64,000 nucleotides of DNA from contig JAUCBJ010008242.1 of NCBI GenBank assembly GCA_032718475.1, positions 77,589-141,588 on the forward strand. Reading direction: 5' to 3'. The notes beneath the pieces are model-generated. The model searched no databases, was not told where the DNA came from, and worked only from the letters and a program-made list of their open reading frames with translations. Shown piece after piece: positions 39,624 to 51,365 of the stretch. This DNA comes from Nemertoderma westbladi (taxonomy: Eukaryota; Animalia; Xenacoelomorpha). How positions within the stretch are numbered: the first letter of the stretch is position 1; each line of letters opens with the position of its first letter. The position numbers and the translations under genes were made by a program.

Positions 39624-40929
39624 CAGGGATCGTACGGTACTACCGCTACCGCAAATACCGCGCTTTTTACTACCGCTACCGCAAATGCCAACTACTGTGG
39701 TATTTGTGGTAGTTGGTAATTAGTAAATTTAACCCCCCTCAGTGTATTCTTACCCCCATGATATTTTAAATTTCAATATATTTTAAATTCGATATAAGCC
39801 AACAGTTAAGACCACAGATACCTCTAATACACAGACAAACACACACTGGAGATTTGTATATAGTAAAGTAGGCCGGCCTACTGTAGAAGATACAAAAAAA
39901 TACACCGAGAGTGAGAATAGGGGAATTTAACCGGGGATGGATTTGTACAGAGTGAAAATTGATAAATGCAGGGGTGAGTTTTCACTGGAGGGGGATAAAA
40001 TAGGGTAGGTGTAAAACGCGGATCCGGATTCCAAAATTATCAATTAAGGGAAAGGAGCAGGTTACAGTGGCACGTTAATTTAACCAAAACAATAAACTAA
40101 AGTCAATAGAACAGGTTATAGTTTTATTTTTGGGAGTTATAAAAATGTAAAAAAAATCGACTTCCGTAGGGACAATGTTAAATGTAGAATCCGGATCCGC
40201 GTTTTACTCTGACCCGATAAAATACGCTAGGGAAATTACACCCCGGGAGCGTATTGCCAATCCTTACACTACTAACTAGGGAAATTACACCCCGGGAGCG
40301 TATTGCCAATCCTTACACTACTAACTAGGGAATTTTAACCGGGGGTGATTTTGTATGGGGAGTGAAAATTATCTGTTACACCGGTACCTAAGAAGTAAAA
40401 CTTTTACTGTAAACTGTGTTCCTAAATTAAGTTGAAGTTCCTATCAATCATATGTCATAACAGGCTGAAACAGCAGCAATAGTAATAGTCAAATTATTTG
40501 AAATCGTCAAATAATTTTCTAAAATAATAATCCTGATTTCGAATAACTATAAAATTAATAAGACATAAATTTTTGATGATACCAAAATATTACAAAACTT
40601 TTTTCGTATCATATCGCATTTTCTTACAATCACATTAATATCACATTGTATCCTTTATTTATACCTTTAAAAAAAATCACCATATATGCAAAATAAACGT
40701 TCAACCATCGTTACAGCAGTTACACATTAAATAAAAAAAATTGATTCGTATTGTATCGTATTTTTCTGTCAACAAAAACAAAGATAAATTAAAAAAAAAC
40801 AATTCAAGCAAACGATATACCAAAAATAAACGCCACACTTTAAAAAAAATCATCAAAAAGGTGAGCCTCTAACTTCATTAATAACAGCTACAATTTTTGC
40901 TGCCGCAAAAAGTAACCTTACGATCCCTG
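39624..40929. mobile_element. hAT-like non-autonomous element with nested MITEs, in SLC35A intron 1
   Basis: TIR CAGGGATCGTA / TACGATCCCTG and perfect 8-bp TSD GTACCAAT (39616-39623, 40930-40937). Nested foldback gtaaaacgcggatccggattc at ~40010-40210 and a 49-bp tandem duplication at ~40227-40330. Confidence 0.88.
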
Positions 40930-41245
40930 GTACCAATCAAAATGGTTGCGGAATGGTCCGTGAAAAGGAGTGTAGCCCTGAGTGTAGGCCCATGTTAAAC
41001 AATCGGATGCACACTTTCGCTACGACTGACACGCCACTACCGGTACTATAACATTGGAGCTTGTTTTTAAGCTTCCCCACACCCAAACCATAACTAAAAT
41101 CAAAATATGTATTATTAAATTATGGTAAACCAGATCGACTAGATGATATGTCAGTATGTAGTTGAGGAGTGATAACTTCAGTACCATTCGGTGATTCATT
41201 TTGTTGAATACCGGTCTGACGGTCCGGTATGAAAGTAAGATATAC

Positions 41246-41318
41246 CTTTTGTAGGTCCAACATCATCGTTTCTTCCCGGATAGCTGGACAGATTATCCAA
41301 GGATTTCATTTTAGACAT
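41246..41318 (-). CDS. SLC35A2: SLC35A transporter exon 1 (predicted)
   Basis: MSKMKSLDNLSSYPGRNDDVGPTK-G|gtatat supplies the phase-1 junction that exon 2 needs. The peptide itself is not conserved. Confidence 0.65.
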
Positions 41319-43337
41319 CGTTGTTATTTAGAGAATCCAAAGTTACTCTGTTAGCGGACAAGGTTATTATCGCAGAGTCAGTCCGCCCTCGTTATGTCTA
41401 TGGCGCTACGGCTGTGCAGAATTCAGACTATTCGTTGATACCGGTATCGAAAATCCTAAGAGTTTCGCCACACCAACAACAGAACAACCGCAGAATAATA
41501 ATATTATATAAATATTTTTGAAATTCCCACTCAACATTTACAATGATACAACAATATCTGCCTATTGACCAATCAGCGATCACCCAAAGGACATTCAAAT
41601 TGTGCATTTTTTTAAATATCAAATTTGCATTTTGTTAATATTTATTTTTATATTTGTATATCATTTTTATTATCTCATTTGACGATAAGAGAAATGTAGA
41701 AGAAAATGTATTTAAACTAAAATTAAAAAGTATGCAACTAAAAGTACTTGTTCTCTAACAGTTTCGCCAACATATCAATATACTTACAATAGATAAAACA
41801 AACAATGCCCTATAAATCAATATTGAATCATAGAATACTGTATGTATGTTACTGAATATATATACTGTAGCATCTCCAAACGCCAACGCTGCGCCAACAT
41901 AGTACCATATGTTACCATTGAAATACAATCTAATGTTGAGGGAATCTGAATTGAGAAGTGGATGTGGGGGTATTGTGTAGGGGGGGGGGGGGGGGGGGGG
42001 GGGGGGTTGGAAGCACATACATTATACAAAATAACTGAACAATGGACACATACTTTAGTATTTTAGACATTTTTTTCCATTTTTTTTAAATACTGGTTTA
42101 TTTAACACTTTCGATATTAAACTCTTGTTTATTTTTTCCTGAAAGGGACCGGGTAGGAGAGGGTGTGGTGCTACACGTCACTGTATTTTGATGAGACCTA
42201 CTGTATATCATCATGTACATCATATTATATTAATAATTATACCCTCAATTTTATAATATATCGCATTTAATGAATTAAACAATATAAATAAAAAATATTA
42301 GCATCCTTTGTGCGGGGGGGCGATCCACGATGTAAGGTAAGCCTTAGCGTAGGGGTATCATTAATCAACCTGTCGATCTGTAGATTCGCATATTTGCATA
42401 TTTTATTATATTTCTTTATGTTGATTTGTTTAATTATTTATTATATTTTATCGCATATTTTAATAACTCGGCCAATACGCGATGAAATTACACATCTAGT
42501 CAGGCAAAAGTTGAGAAATTTTCCAATTATAATTTACGTGTGACCTTCGGGAAGCTAAGATAAAAGCAGTTAATTATGTTAATTCGGTAAAAAGCGTTAT
42601 TTCCATCGTGTCCTTTCATGGAAATTAAATATTTCCAACTACAAGTAAGATTAAATTAATTGTAGATAATTGTATTAAAAATTATACAACTAGAATCCCC
42701 ATTCCATCATAGTTTTTAATTATTTCAAGTGATTTGCTTTAAGAAATGTGTTTTTAATTGATCTAAACATAAATAACATGGTACCAAAATTTGATACTTC
42801 TTAGTTATTGGTCACTTTAATGTAGAAATTCCAGAAATCAAACAAGTAGACCCCCATAGCTTTGGGATTTTTTTACCAACACAATCAACAAAGGTAATTT
42901 CCATGAGGCTATAATTTCAAACCGGATTAAATTCTACCCATATTGAACGAAGTTATACCAGTTTATTTTTTGTCATCACTTCACGGTATTTGTTCAACTG
43001 TCCCCAGTTTGGGAGATAGACTTGTATTGGTGACCTTACAATTGCCTCCTTATTAACAGGGTAAATTACTTTAATAATATTTCAATATCATTAAATACAT
43101 ACATCGTGGTATAAGCGTGGTGTTTCGTTTTGTATCAATCATGGAGAGTTTCACATTTTTGCTTTCCAGTATGCCATTCATAAATGGGAAAATTTTACAT
43201 TTATGAACGGACCCTCAGGGAATTTATGTATGTTTTAGCGCCCAAATCGAAATATTTAACAAATCCATATATTAATTATTATTTCTGCGAAAACATAATG
43301 AAATATTAGACTTTTAGCACAACATCGAACAATATCC

Positions 43338-44051
43338 CTAAGTTGGACTATATGAATTCGCTTTGTGTTTAGGTTGAAATTGGAAGGTTTCTGGAACCTT
43401 TCCGAGAATAAGTTCTGTAATTTTAATCCAATCAGCGCAGTTTGTGCTGGAAAATAGAGTTTCTAGATGATCTCTACCGATAAACGGAGGCGGACGAAGG
43501 TTCAGTCGCTGTGGTTGTTCTAGAATACCAACGGGAATATATCGGTGTAGGAAGGACAACCATTCCAAAAGGAATCTCCGCGTTCTCTCGACACCTTGGG
43601 CGTCGGAGCCCCAATGCTCCAACCCGTAGTTACAGAAACGACGCAGAATATCCAGTCGTTCGCTCGAGGAAATATCCCAACTGCGTTGCTCCTTAATCTC
43701 GGTGAATATCCAGGGTTTAACGAGCGCCCCTCGTCCGATCATGCAGCCCGCGACCCGGCTGGAGGCGACCCGGGCCACGTCCGCGTACCCGAACACGTCC
43801 CCGCACCCGAGTACCGGCATGTCCCCGGCCGCGAGCGCGCAGCTCTCCAGGTAGTCCCAGTCCGCGGTGTGCGTGTATCGCGCCTCGCGGGAACGACCGT
43901 GCACCGCTCCCATCGCCGCGCCGTACTCCCGACACAACGGGAGCAGTTGGTGGGCCGTGTTACGGGATGTTTCCACTCCGGTTCGCATCTTTACCGTCAC
44001 CGGAACGTCGAGAACCGAAGTCAACCCGAGGAGAATTCCTTTCAATTTCCG
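43338..44051 (-). CDS. DUS3L: tRNA-dihydrouridine(47) synthase, exon 2
   Basis: tgcag|CGG; TVKMRTG, HGRSREARYT..ADWDY, MIGRGALVKPWIFTEIKE..WDISSSERLD, HWGSD, FQPKHKANSY. Confidence 0.96.
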   Translation of the reverse strand, partial: RKLKGILLGLTSVLDVPVTVKMRTGVETSRNTAHQLLPLCREYGAAMGAVHGRSREARYTHTADWDYLESCALAAGDMPVLGCGDVFGYADVARVASSRVAGCMIGRGALVKPWIFTEIKEQRSWDISSSERLDILRRFCNYGLEHWGSDAQGVERTRRFLLEWLSFLHRYIPVGILEQPQRLNLRPPPFIGRDHLETLFSSTNCADWIKITELILGKVPETFQFQPKHKANSYSPT

Positions 44052-44257
44052 CTGCAAATAACAAACTAATTAATAGAAACAACTAGAATAACAGTTTATA
44101 AGTAATTTTACTCTTATTGGGCGGAAACCCTCCGGGTATCCGAGTGGCTAATGGAACTCACATATCGTCTATTTTATCTTTACGGATTTGCCCCCCCCCC
44201 CCCCTCCCACAATTTTTCTTTCTACCCATTAATGTAATACTATTAGTTTAAACGAAC

Positions 44258-45805
44258 CTTCCGCTTCATCAGAGCGCAACCGCCGCCTCTATTGAAGACG
44301 CTGTCGATCGGACAGCCCATATTAACATCGACGAAATCGACATCGACTTCGTTAGCGATAAGCTCCGCGCACCGACTCATTGCGTCGGGGTGTTCTCCCT
44401 CTATCTGCACCCCGAAGACATCCTCGGTAGAGTGCCGCCTCAGTAGCGCCCACTCCGAGAGTTGTCCCGCCAGCAGACAGTGCGACATGGCCATCTCCCC
44501 GCAGGTGATGTCGGCACCGAACTCCTTACAGAGACGACGGAATGGCAGGTTACCCACCGTGGTTAAAGGGGCCAAATACAACTTGTTACGGAAGTCAATG
44601 TGTTTAACTTGGTCCCGTTGGCAACCACGTTTGTTACCAAGGTAACTACGAGTTGGTGGACCATCTAGTCTGTTGGACTCAACTTCGTGCATGACAGACT
44701 TCCCTTCCTTAACGACTATATTAGTAACCGCCGTCGCATCAATCATAAAATTATCTGTATTAGCATCACTCACAATATTAGCCGTATTACCATCAGTCAC
44801 AATATTAGCTGTATTAGCATCATTCACATAATTAGCCGTATTAGCATCAGTCACAGAATTAGCCGTATTAGCATCGTGCACAGAATTAGCCGCATTAGCA
44901 TCACTCACACTATTAGCCGTATTAGCATCAGTTGCAGAATTAGCTGTATTAGCATCACTCACATTATCAGCATTAGTTACAGAATTAGCTGTATTAGCAT
45001 CAGTCACAATATTAGCTGTATTAGCATCAGTCACAGAATTAGCCGTGTTGGCATCAGTTGCAGAATTAGCCGTATTAGCATCACTGCTATCGATAGGTAC
45101 AACACCTGCGTTGGGCGCACTATCGCCATCCGTAACTATGGATTCCTCGCCCAATATCCGCCTCCACTCAACCATAAATTCATCCGATTTCGGGAACTGG
45201 TATTTCCGTTTCCACAACTGAATTTGTACAGATTTCTTTAAATTATTTGTGACTCCCGATACTTTGCCACTTTTACTCACATCGAAGATTTGAACGAGTG
45301 TAGCGGGGTCCGTGTGCGACTTGGCGAACCTGCAGGTAATTCCGTATTTACATAATCCCGTTTTACTATAAAATGGACAACGGCCCTCCAAGTCTTGCGG
45401 TTTGGAATTCCAGTAGGTTTTAACGTCGTGCGAATATTTGCATTTTTCCCCGAAGTTACATCGCTCTGGGTTCTCCAACACGTATGAATAACATAAACTC
45501 AGCTCCTCAACCTTCCCAGTCCTCGGACGGTGTTTATTTTGTCCCCTAATCCGTTTCCTAGGCGGCGATGCCTTGGAAACTCCCTCCACAGTTTGACCTT
45601 CAGACTCTGACTTTGCCAGAGACTTTGCGTAGTTTCGACAGGCCGGCAGTTCTGTGTAATTGACGTATTGACGTAGAATTCTCGCCTGGCCGGGGGCGTT
45701 AAGGGCAGTTTCAATTAAATCAATCGGCATCCATGTAGGAGGCTCTTGTCGTTCCGGCTCTAATCCAACGCAATCCCCATCACTTATACCTTCAATGTCG
45801 GCCAT
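44258..45805 (-). CDS. DUS3L: tRNA-dihydrouridine(47) synthase, exon 1 (two CCCH fingers, repeat linker, Dus domain start)
   Basis: ATG at 45805, RGQNKHR, two CCCH fingers, [26 protein letters not shown], donor AAG|gttcgt. Spliced product about 753 aa. Confidence 0.93.
44745..45085 (-). repeat. 27-bp coding tandem repeat (xxDANTANx, ~12 copies) inside DUS3L
   Basis: Visible in the DUS3L translation; reading frame preserved. Confidence 0.92.
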
Positions 45806-45994
45806 GGTTCCGGTGGACAGCCGAAAACGCAAACGGAAATTATAGTAAATAAGAAGCGAAGCCTAACCCACAACGCCACAAGTAAAGTAACCTAACTGCT
45901 TTTAAATTTCCCGCCTAACTAACAAGTAAAATTACAATTGCAATTATTGAGCACTGGAATAACATTGAAATTATAAAATAACAACATAGTAACA

Positions 45995-47208
45995 ACATAT
46001 TTAATTCCTTTGATCCTCGCGACATACAGAACGGTTTAGACGTAATATTATATCACTGGTGTAATCAAAACGGTATGGAACTAAATCTGAACAAACCAAA
46101 TATGATAAAGTTCAGGAAAGGTGGCCCGGTGTACAGTACAAGCTGAGATAACACCAGTGACTCCCCAAACATCTCAGCCTAGGCTGAGAACACTCCCCTT
46201 AGGATGATATGACTCCCCTTAGGCTGAGATGACTCCCCTTAGGCTGATATGACTCCCCTAATGGAGTTATAATTCATATACGTACCTGTGTTATTTTTGT
46301 AAATTGCAAAAATAAGACCGTAACTTATGTTATTGAGATATCGTTTGTTGTTTTGGTTAGAAAAGCCCGAAACGGTAACCTGCCCCTTTCTTTTAATTAA
46401 GTAATCTATTGAGAAAACTGGAGAGTGTTCTCAGCCTAGGCTGAGAAAACTGGGGAGACATATTTGGTGGGGAGTTATCTCAGCCTGTTACACCGGCTCG
46501 CCAACTCTGATAAATTTTATTATGATGAGAATATCATTGAGATCTGCATAATGGATATGAATATTTAGGAGTGACTCTCCAACCCACATTAAGCTTCACC
46601 AAACATACAATGCGGAAAAAGCGAAAAGTGTTTGCTGCAATGGGATGCCTTTCGAATCAACATCTTTTATTAGTTGATACGGGAATGAAAATCTTCCATA
46701 TGCAATTCTACCCCCTTGTGACATACGCCTTCCCTGTCATAGAAAAATTTCTAACCGTAAACCAGTTAAAAGAACTCGACATAATTAAAGCAAGATTTGT
46801 TAAACGCCTGCTAGGTACAGACAATACAGGCGAGAGCGTGATGATAATTTTATAAACCAGGGCTTCTTAAAGGACCGGCGTTTATAAATTACTCTTGGAA
46901 AGGAGCTCTCCAACAGATCCGCTATATCATAACTAGAACTACGGCCCATGATTGGCACTCCAACTTATTCACAAACTCTGAACCATTCCACAGGCGATCA
47001 GATCAGTGTTTATGCAGCTTTTGCCGCGGCTCAGCCCATCACCTGTACCACGTGCTAGACTGCCCCAACCGTCCCTCTTTAAAATCTTTATCGAATTCAG
47101 TGATATTTTAAATTACCTATGTTGTTTTAATTTAAATTTTATTTATAACGATTAAACACTCATTTACCCCCATCATGGGGTGTATTATACTGTATGTTTA
47201 AAAAAAAA
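45995..47208 (+). mobile_element. 5'-truncated LINE with poly(A) tail and ~48-bp flanking direct repeat
   Basis: WCNQNGMELNLNK, KFRKGG/RLA, YEYLGVTLQPTLSFTKH; 3' hairpin acccc..ggggt and A-tail; flanks 45942-45989 and 47207-47256 are near-identical. Confidence 0.8.
46130..46492. mobile_element. MITE with TGT..ACA ends and CCGG target duplication (Ginger-like)
   Basis: ccgg|tgta..gctgagataac and gttatctcagc.tgttaca|ccgg; it splits the LINE codons KGG-RLA; internal 20-bp repeats. Confidence 0.7.
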
Positions 47209-47625
47209 TTATTGAGCACTGGAATAACATTGAAATTAACAAAAATAACAACATAGCAAGAGAGCAGAGACAATAGGTAGATGGTAGTCGATAAGGAGAT
47301 GGTAGTCGCACATGATGATAAAGTAAAGAATGGCAATTTTACTGTTACTTATGTACAGTGGTTACCAGTTACGTTACCCTAGACGGGAAATCGAATCCTT
47401 ATTATTTCATTCCATCCTGTACCTAAAAGAAGAACTGAACAGTTTGACGAAGGACAGTTTGAAATCTAGTCCATAGTCCATACGACCAATAAATGCAACT
47501 AGCAACCCCCCCCCCCCCCCCCCCCCCCCCTCGGGTTAGGTATTGGTCATTGAAACGAAATAGTTGGGCCGGTAGTCCAGGGATAGAGGGAACCAATGTC
47601 GAAAATATTCATTCCTGAATCCAGA

Positions 47626-47864
47626 ACATACTTCACCGGAGAACATACTTCACCGGATAACATACTTCACCGGAGAACATACTTCACCGGAGAACATACT
47701 TCACCGGATAACATACTTCACCGGAGAACACTTCACCGGAGAACATACTTCACCGGAGAACACTTCACCGGAGAACATACTTCACCGGAGAACACTTCAC
47801 CGGAGAACATACTTCACCGGAGAACATACTTCACCGGAGAACACTTCACCGGATAACATACTTC
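47626..47864. repeat. 15/17-bp tandem repeat (aaca[ta]cttcaccgga[g/t])
   Basis: About 14 copies, bracketed by agagggaa (~47585) and ttccctct (~47862), which suggests a repeat-bearing MITE. Confidence 0.85.
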
Positions 47865-48934
47865 CCTCTGATTCTATCAATACAATAGTGCATTGGTATA
47901 CAATACATGGTACCGCACATTACTAACTCATAAGTGTATAAATTTTTTGTAGAATTAAAAGTACTGAAAATCCCGGCTGGATATAAGGTGTCCCATAGAA
48001 ATACAGCCTACATACAATTTGAAATCTATTTCATGAAAATAACCTAAATTTAAAATACCAAGCTGCAAAAAGGCAATTTTTAGAAATACAATTACACTTG
48101 ACTTACAGGTATAACATGAAATTCAAATATATATAGGGCTATATGATGTATAATTGACCTCGCTGTCTAATATTTAATTAAAATAAAACATTAGCGAAAA
48201 ATTTGAGTTAAAATTAAGCACCGGTACATTTCCATGCAATAAATAGTTATTATTACCGTATTACAATTAATTAATTAATATTTTTCAATACTTCCTTCCT
48301 TTGAAAGTTGTTTTGAAGTACCGTATTATCTTATTTACGTTTAAACTGTGTGACATTCTGTATTCTGTGTGACCACATTTACATTTACATTTTGAATTAG
48401 ATTTATGTAAAATCTTTCACGAGTACAGTAATCGAAAGATAGGAAAAAGCCTTTTTTTCTTCAAAACAGTTGTGTCTAATTCAATTGATTTATATATATT
48501 TCCAACTTATGTAGACCCCTATAATTTCCCAGTACAGTAAGTCACTTACACCGTACGTACGACGTACGATGTTTTGGATGGTGTAATGGTGCTGTATTGA
48601 AATGAGAAAGTTAAAATAGCCAAAAATGAATTTGGGACCGGCCTTTAGGTACTTAAAAGCACCTACTTTATATGGAATTTCGCAACAAGATTAATATTTA
48701 CAGTATTGATAATAATATTATTTAATTAATTGTCAAGCAAGTTAAGTAACAACTATTTACATACTTATGTGTGTAAAGCAAGGCCATCTAAATAACAGGC
48801 CATGACAAGGACCTAGCCTGCAAAATTATCGTAGGGTGACTGCTGAATTATCAACCACGAATGCAGGGTCCATATTTAAAAGGAGATAACTAGATTTTCG
48901 TAAAGAATTTAATTGAAACAGTATTTAATAATTA

Positions 48935-49470
48935 ATTATCGCTCGAGTTCCTGCAGCTTTTGTTTGTTTGTGGCTGCCTCTGGCTGTGTTTGTGGCAGGA
49001 ATGTTTGAACGCTAATAAGTCGGTCAATCATGGATGAAATGGAACCAAACTTGGTACACATGTAGTCAATCAAAAATTTAGAAATTCTACACACAGACAG
49101 ACTTCTACAGTTCCTCTGTCTGCCGCTAGGGTGGCGAAATAATGTTAGAATAATGTTAGTAATTATAGAACCAACCATCAGATTCATCTGAAATTTCGTA
49201 GCAGTAACCTACGAGCATTGCATAATTAGATATTCTACACACAGACAGACTTTTACACCTCTGTCTGCCGCTAGGGGGCGAAATTGACAGAAACGTAAAA
49301 GTAGCTGTAATTATAGAACCAAAATCAGATTCAACTGAAATTTGGTAGTGTAGCCTACGAGCATTGCTTAATTCGAAAACCTACACACAGACAGACTTTT
49401 ACAGTTCCTGTCTGCAGTCTGCCGCTGGGGGAAATTGTTAGAGCTCCAGTTCAACGTGCTTAGCGCGGTT
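48935..49470 (+). mobile_element. HINE/DINE-like repeat-bearing element nested in the TIR element
   Basis: (TTTG)n tract followed by three ~145-bp units sharing tacacacagacagactt..tctgccgct.ggg; related to 52405-53672. Confidence 0.55.
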
Positions 49471-49815
49471 TAATAAACAATAAATGTATTATTTATTCAT
49501 TACAGCGCCGTAATTATAACAGTAAATAAAATGCTATGTATTCTATTTTCTATTGAAATCAAGAGACAGGGGGGGGGGGGGGGGGGGGGGGGTTGGGACT
49601 GGACGCAAATCCCATCTTGGCGAATTAATATCCCGCAGTTTTACACAAGATGATAATTATATTTCATTCTGTTGTATAAGAAATATAAAATGTAACACAA
49701 AGGTATTGGTATTTTATGTCCAATATAAAGCGCTTCATTACTTCATCAATGTCGACTTCCTCAAATTCCGAGTATAAATAAATAACAATAACAAAAAAAC
49801 ATAATTATAAACAGA

Positions 49816-50434
49816 TCAGAGCTGCAGTATGCAGCTATCGGTATCTCCGCCCAACACAACCAACTCTCTATCCACCTCGAGCATCGAGTCGAGAATACGA
49901 GAAACTCTATCGAAATACCTGCTTATCCCAATAGTGGACCGCTGCTGTTTATTCCCGTAGAACAGTAGAATTCCCGCAACTTCCGACCCAATTCGACAAC
50001 AAATTCGCCTCACACTTTCGAGTCGCAGAGAACGTAATCCGGGCGATACACGTCTGCCCAATGTTCAACCATTTCCCCCAGGCGATCCCAGGATCCGGCC
50101 CGCCGCTAAACCCAGATCGCAATCATCGACGATTCGTCCAGTCGTCGACGTAAGTCGGACTAATCCCACCGCACTCCAAGGTGCAGAGGTGGGAGGCCGG
50201 AGTGAGGCATGAGGTACTTGGCAGTGGCCCGCATTACGATCCGACCGACCGCCGTATTCCCAGTCCCAGTGTAGTAAATAGAATCGTTCTGACAAGCAAG
50301 CAATTCCGTGTATTTATTCCTCCGTTAATCACATCTTGATGCAACTCGGCTGTTCGGGTCCAGATACATCGGACTGTCGGAAGCGTTTCAGACAGCAATG
50401 GAGCGGCATTTGTGGATATTTCCGATGGTTTTAT
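49816..50434 (-). pseudogene. Class-3 aldehyde dehydrogenase (ALDH3-like) fragment
   Basis: Across frameshifts: IKPSEISTNAA, VINGG, TELL, IYYTG-NTAVGRIVMRATAKYL, TLECGGISPTYVDD, IAWGKWLNIGQTCIA(P)DYVLC, LREFY, VLGGDTD, colinear with the ALDH3 catalytic core. Confidence 0.9.
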
Positions 50435-51210
50435 AATAAATAAGGGGATTCAATGTTAAAACAAATGGATTATTCCAAACCCCAATATACTTAACAGTAT
50501 ATTCAATATTATAGCTTAGCCTGTTAGGTACAGTTTAGGTGCCAAAATCAGCACAGTCAGCCTACGATAATTTTGAAGGCTAGATCGCCTGTTGTTTAGA
50601 TGGCCTTGGTGTAAAGTAGCACTTTACAGTGTGATGATCCGATTGGCGTTGTTACACGAACTAACGTTAGTGAGTGAGTGAAAATAAAGCCACGAGGATC
50701 AGAACACTGTAAAGTACTTTGCAACAAGTATGTATATAGTTTTATTCCAAAATTTTAACAATACGAAATGATTGTATATACATTATAAGAGATAGAAACT
50801 GAACAAATTATATTAGTTGCTGTATAAATAATTGTAAAAATGACATAAATTATATTATAAATAAGTTAGCTTATATTTATGGTGGCGTTTGGAGACATTT
50901 TATAATATAGCTAGGCCTTACTGGTTATTAATAGCTATACCCCGCCTACCGGTAGGTAATGCAGTAGGCCTATCTGGCTGTCAGGCAAATTTCCACTTAT
51001 TGTTTACGTGGTAACCATGACAGCGTTAAGTAATGTCCCCCTAGTGGACATTACTTATTGGTTACCACGTAAACAATAACACCAAATACAATACTAAATG
51101 TACAGGCCAATACAATGCTGTAATGTCCTCTAAAGAGTAACAACTCGCTGTTAATACTAACGGCGTTGAGTAATGTTACAATTTTGGAATAAAAACACTT
51201 ACCGGTAGGC

Positions 51211-51365
51211 GTGACAGGACAATTGCCCCACGGACAATTGTCTCCGAGGACATTTGCCCCCCCCCCCCCCGGACAATTGCCTCCCGGACAATTGCCTCCC
51301 GGACAATTTTCCCCAGGACATTTGCCCCCGGGACTATTTCCCCCTGGACAAATGCCCCCTATTAC
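51211..51365. repeat. 15-bp GGACAATTGCCCC-type tandem repeat (MITE remnant)
   Basis: About 9 diverged copies of ggaca(a/t)ttgcc(c/t)cc. Confidence 0.75.

Larger units (their letters stand above)
48779..50608. mobile_element. Non-autonomous TIR DNA transposon (P- or hAT-like) carrying a host gene fragment
   Basis: TIRs CAAGGCCATCTAAA(T/C)AACAGGC..CTAGCCT.CAAAATTATCGTAGG.TGACT at 48779-48850 and 50546-50608; perfect 8-bp TSD GTGTAAAG (48771-48778, 50609-50616). Confidence 0.88.

Noticed and set aside
29714-49595. Long G/C homopolymers (~29715, ~41980, ~47506, ~49569) as functional G-quadruplexes
   Set aside because: No positional pattern or other support, and homopolymer lengths are unreliable in assemblies.
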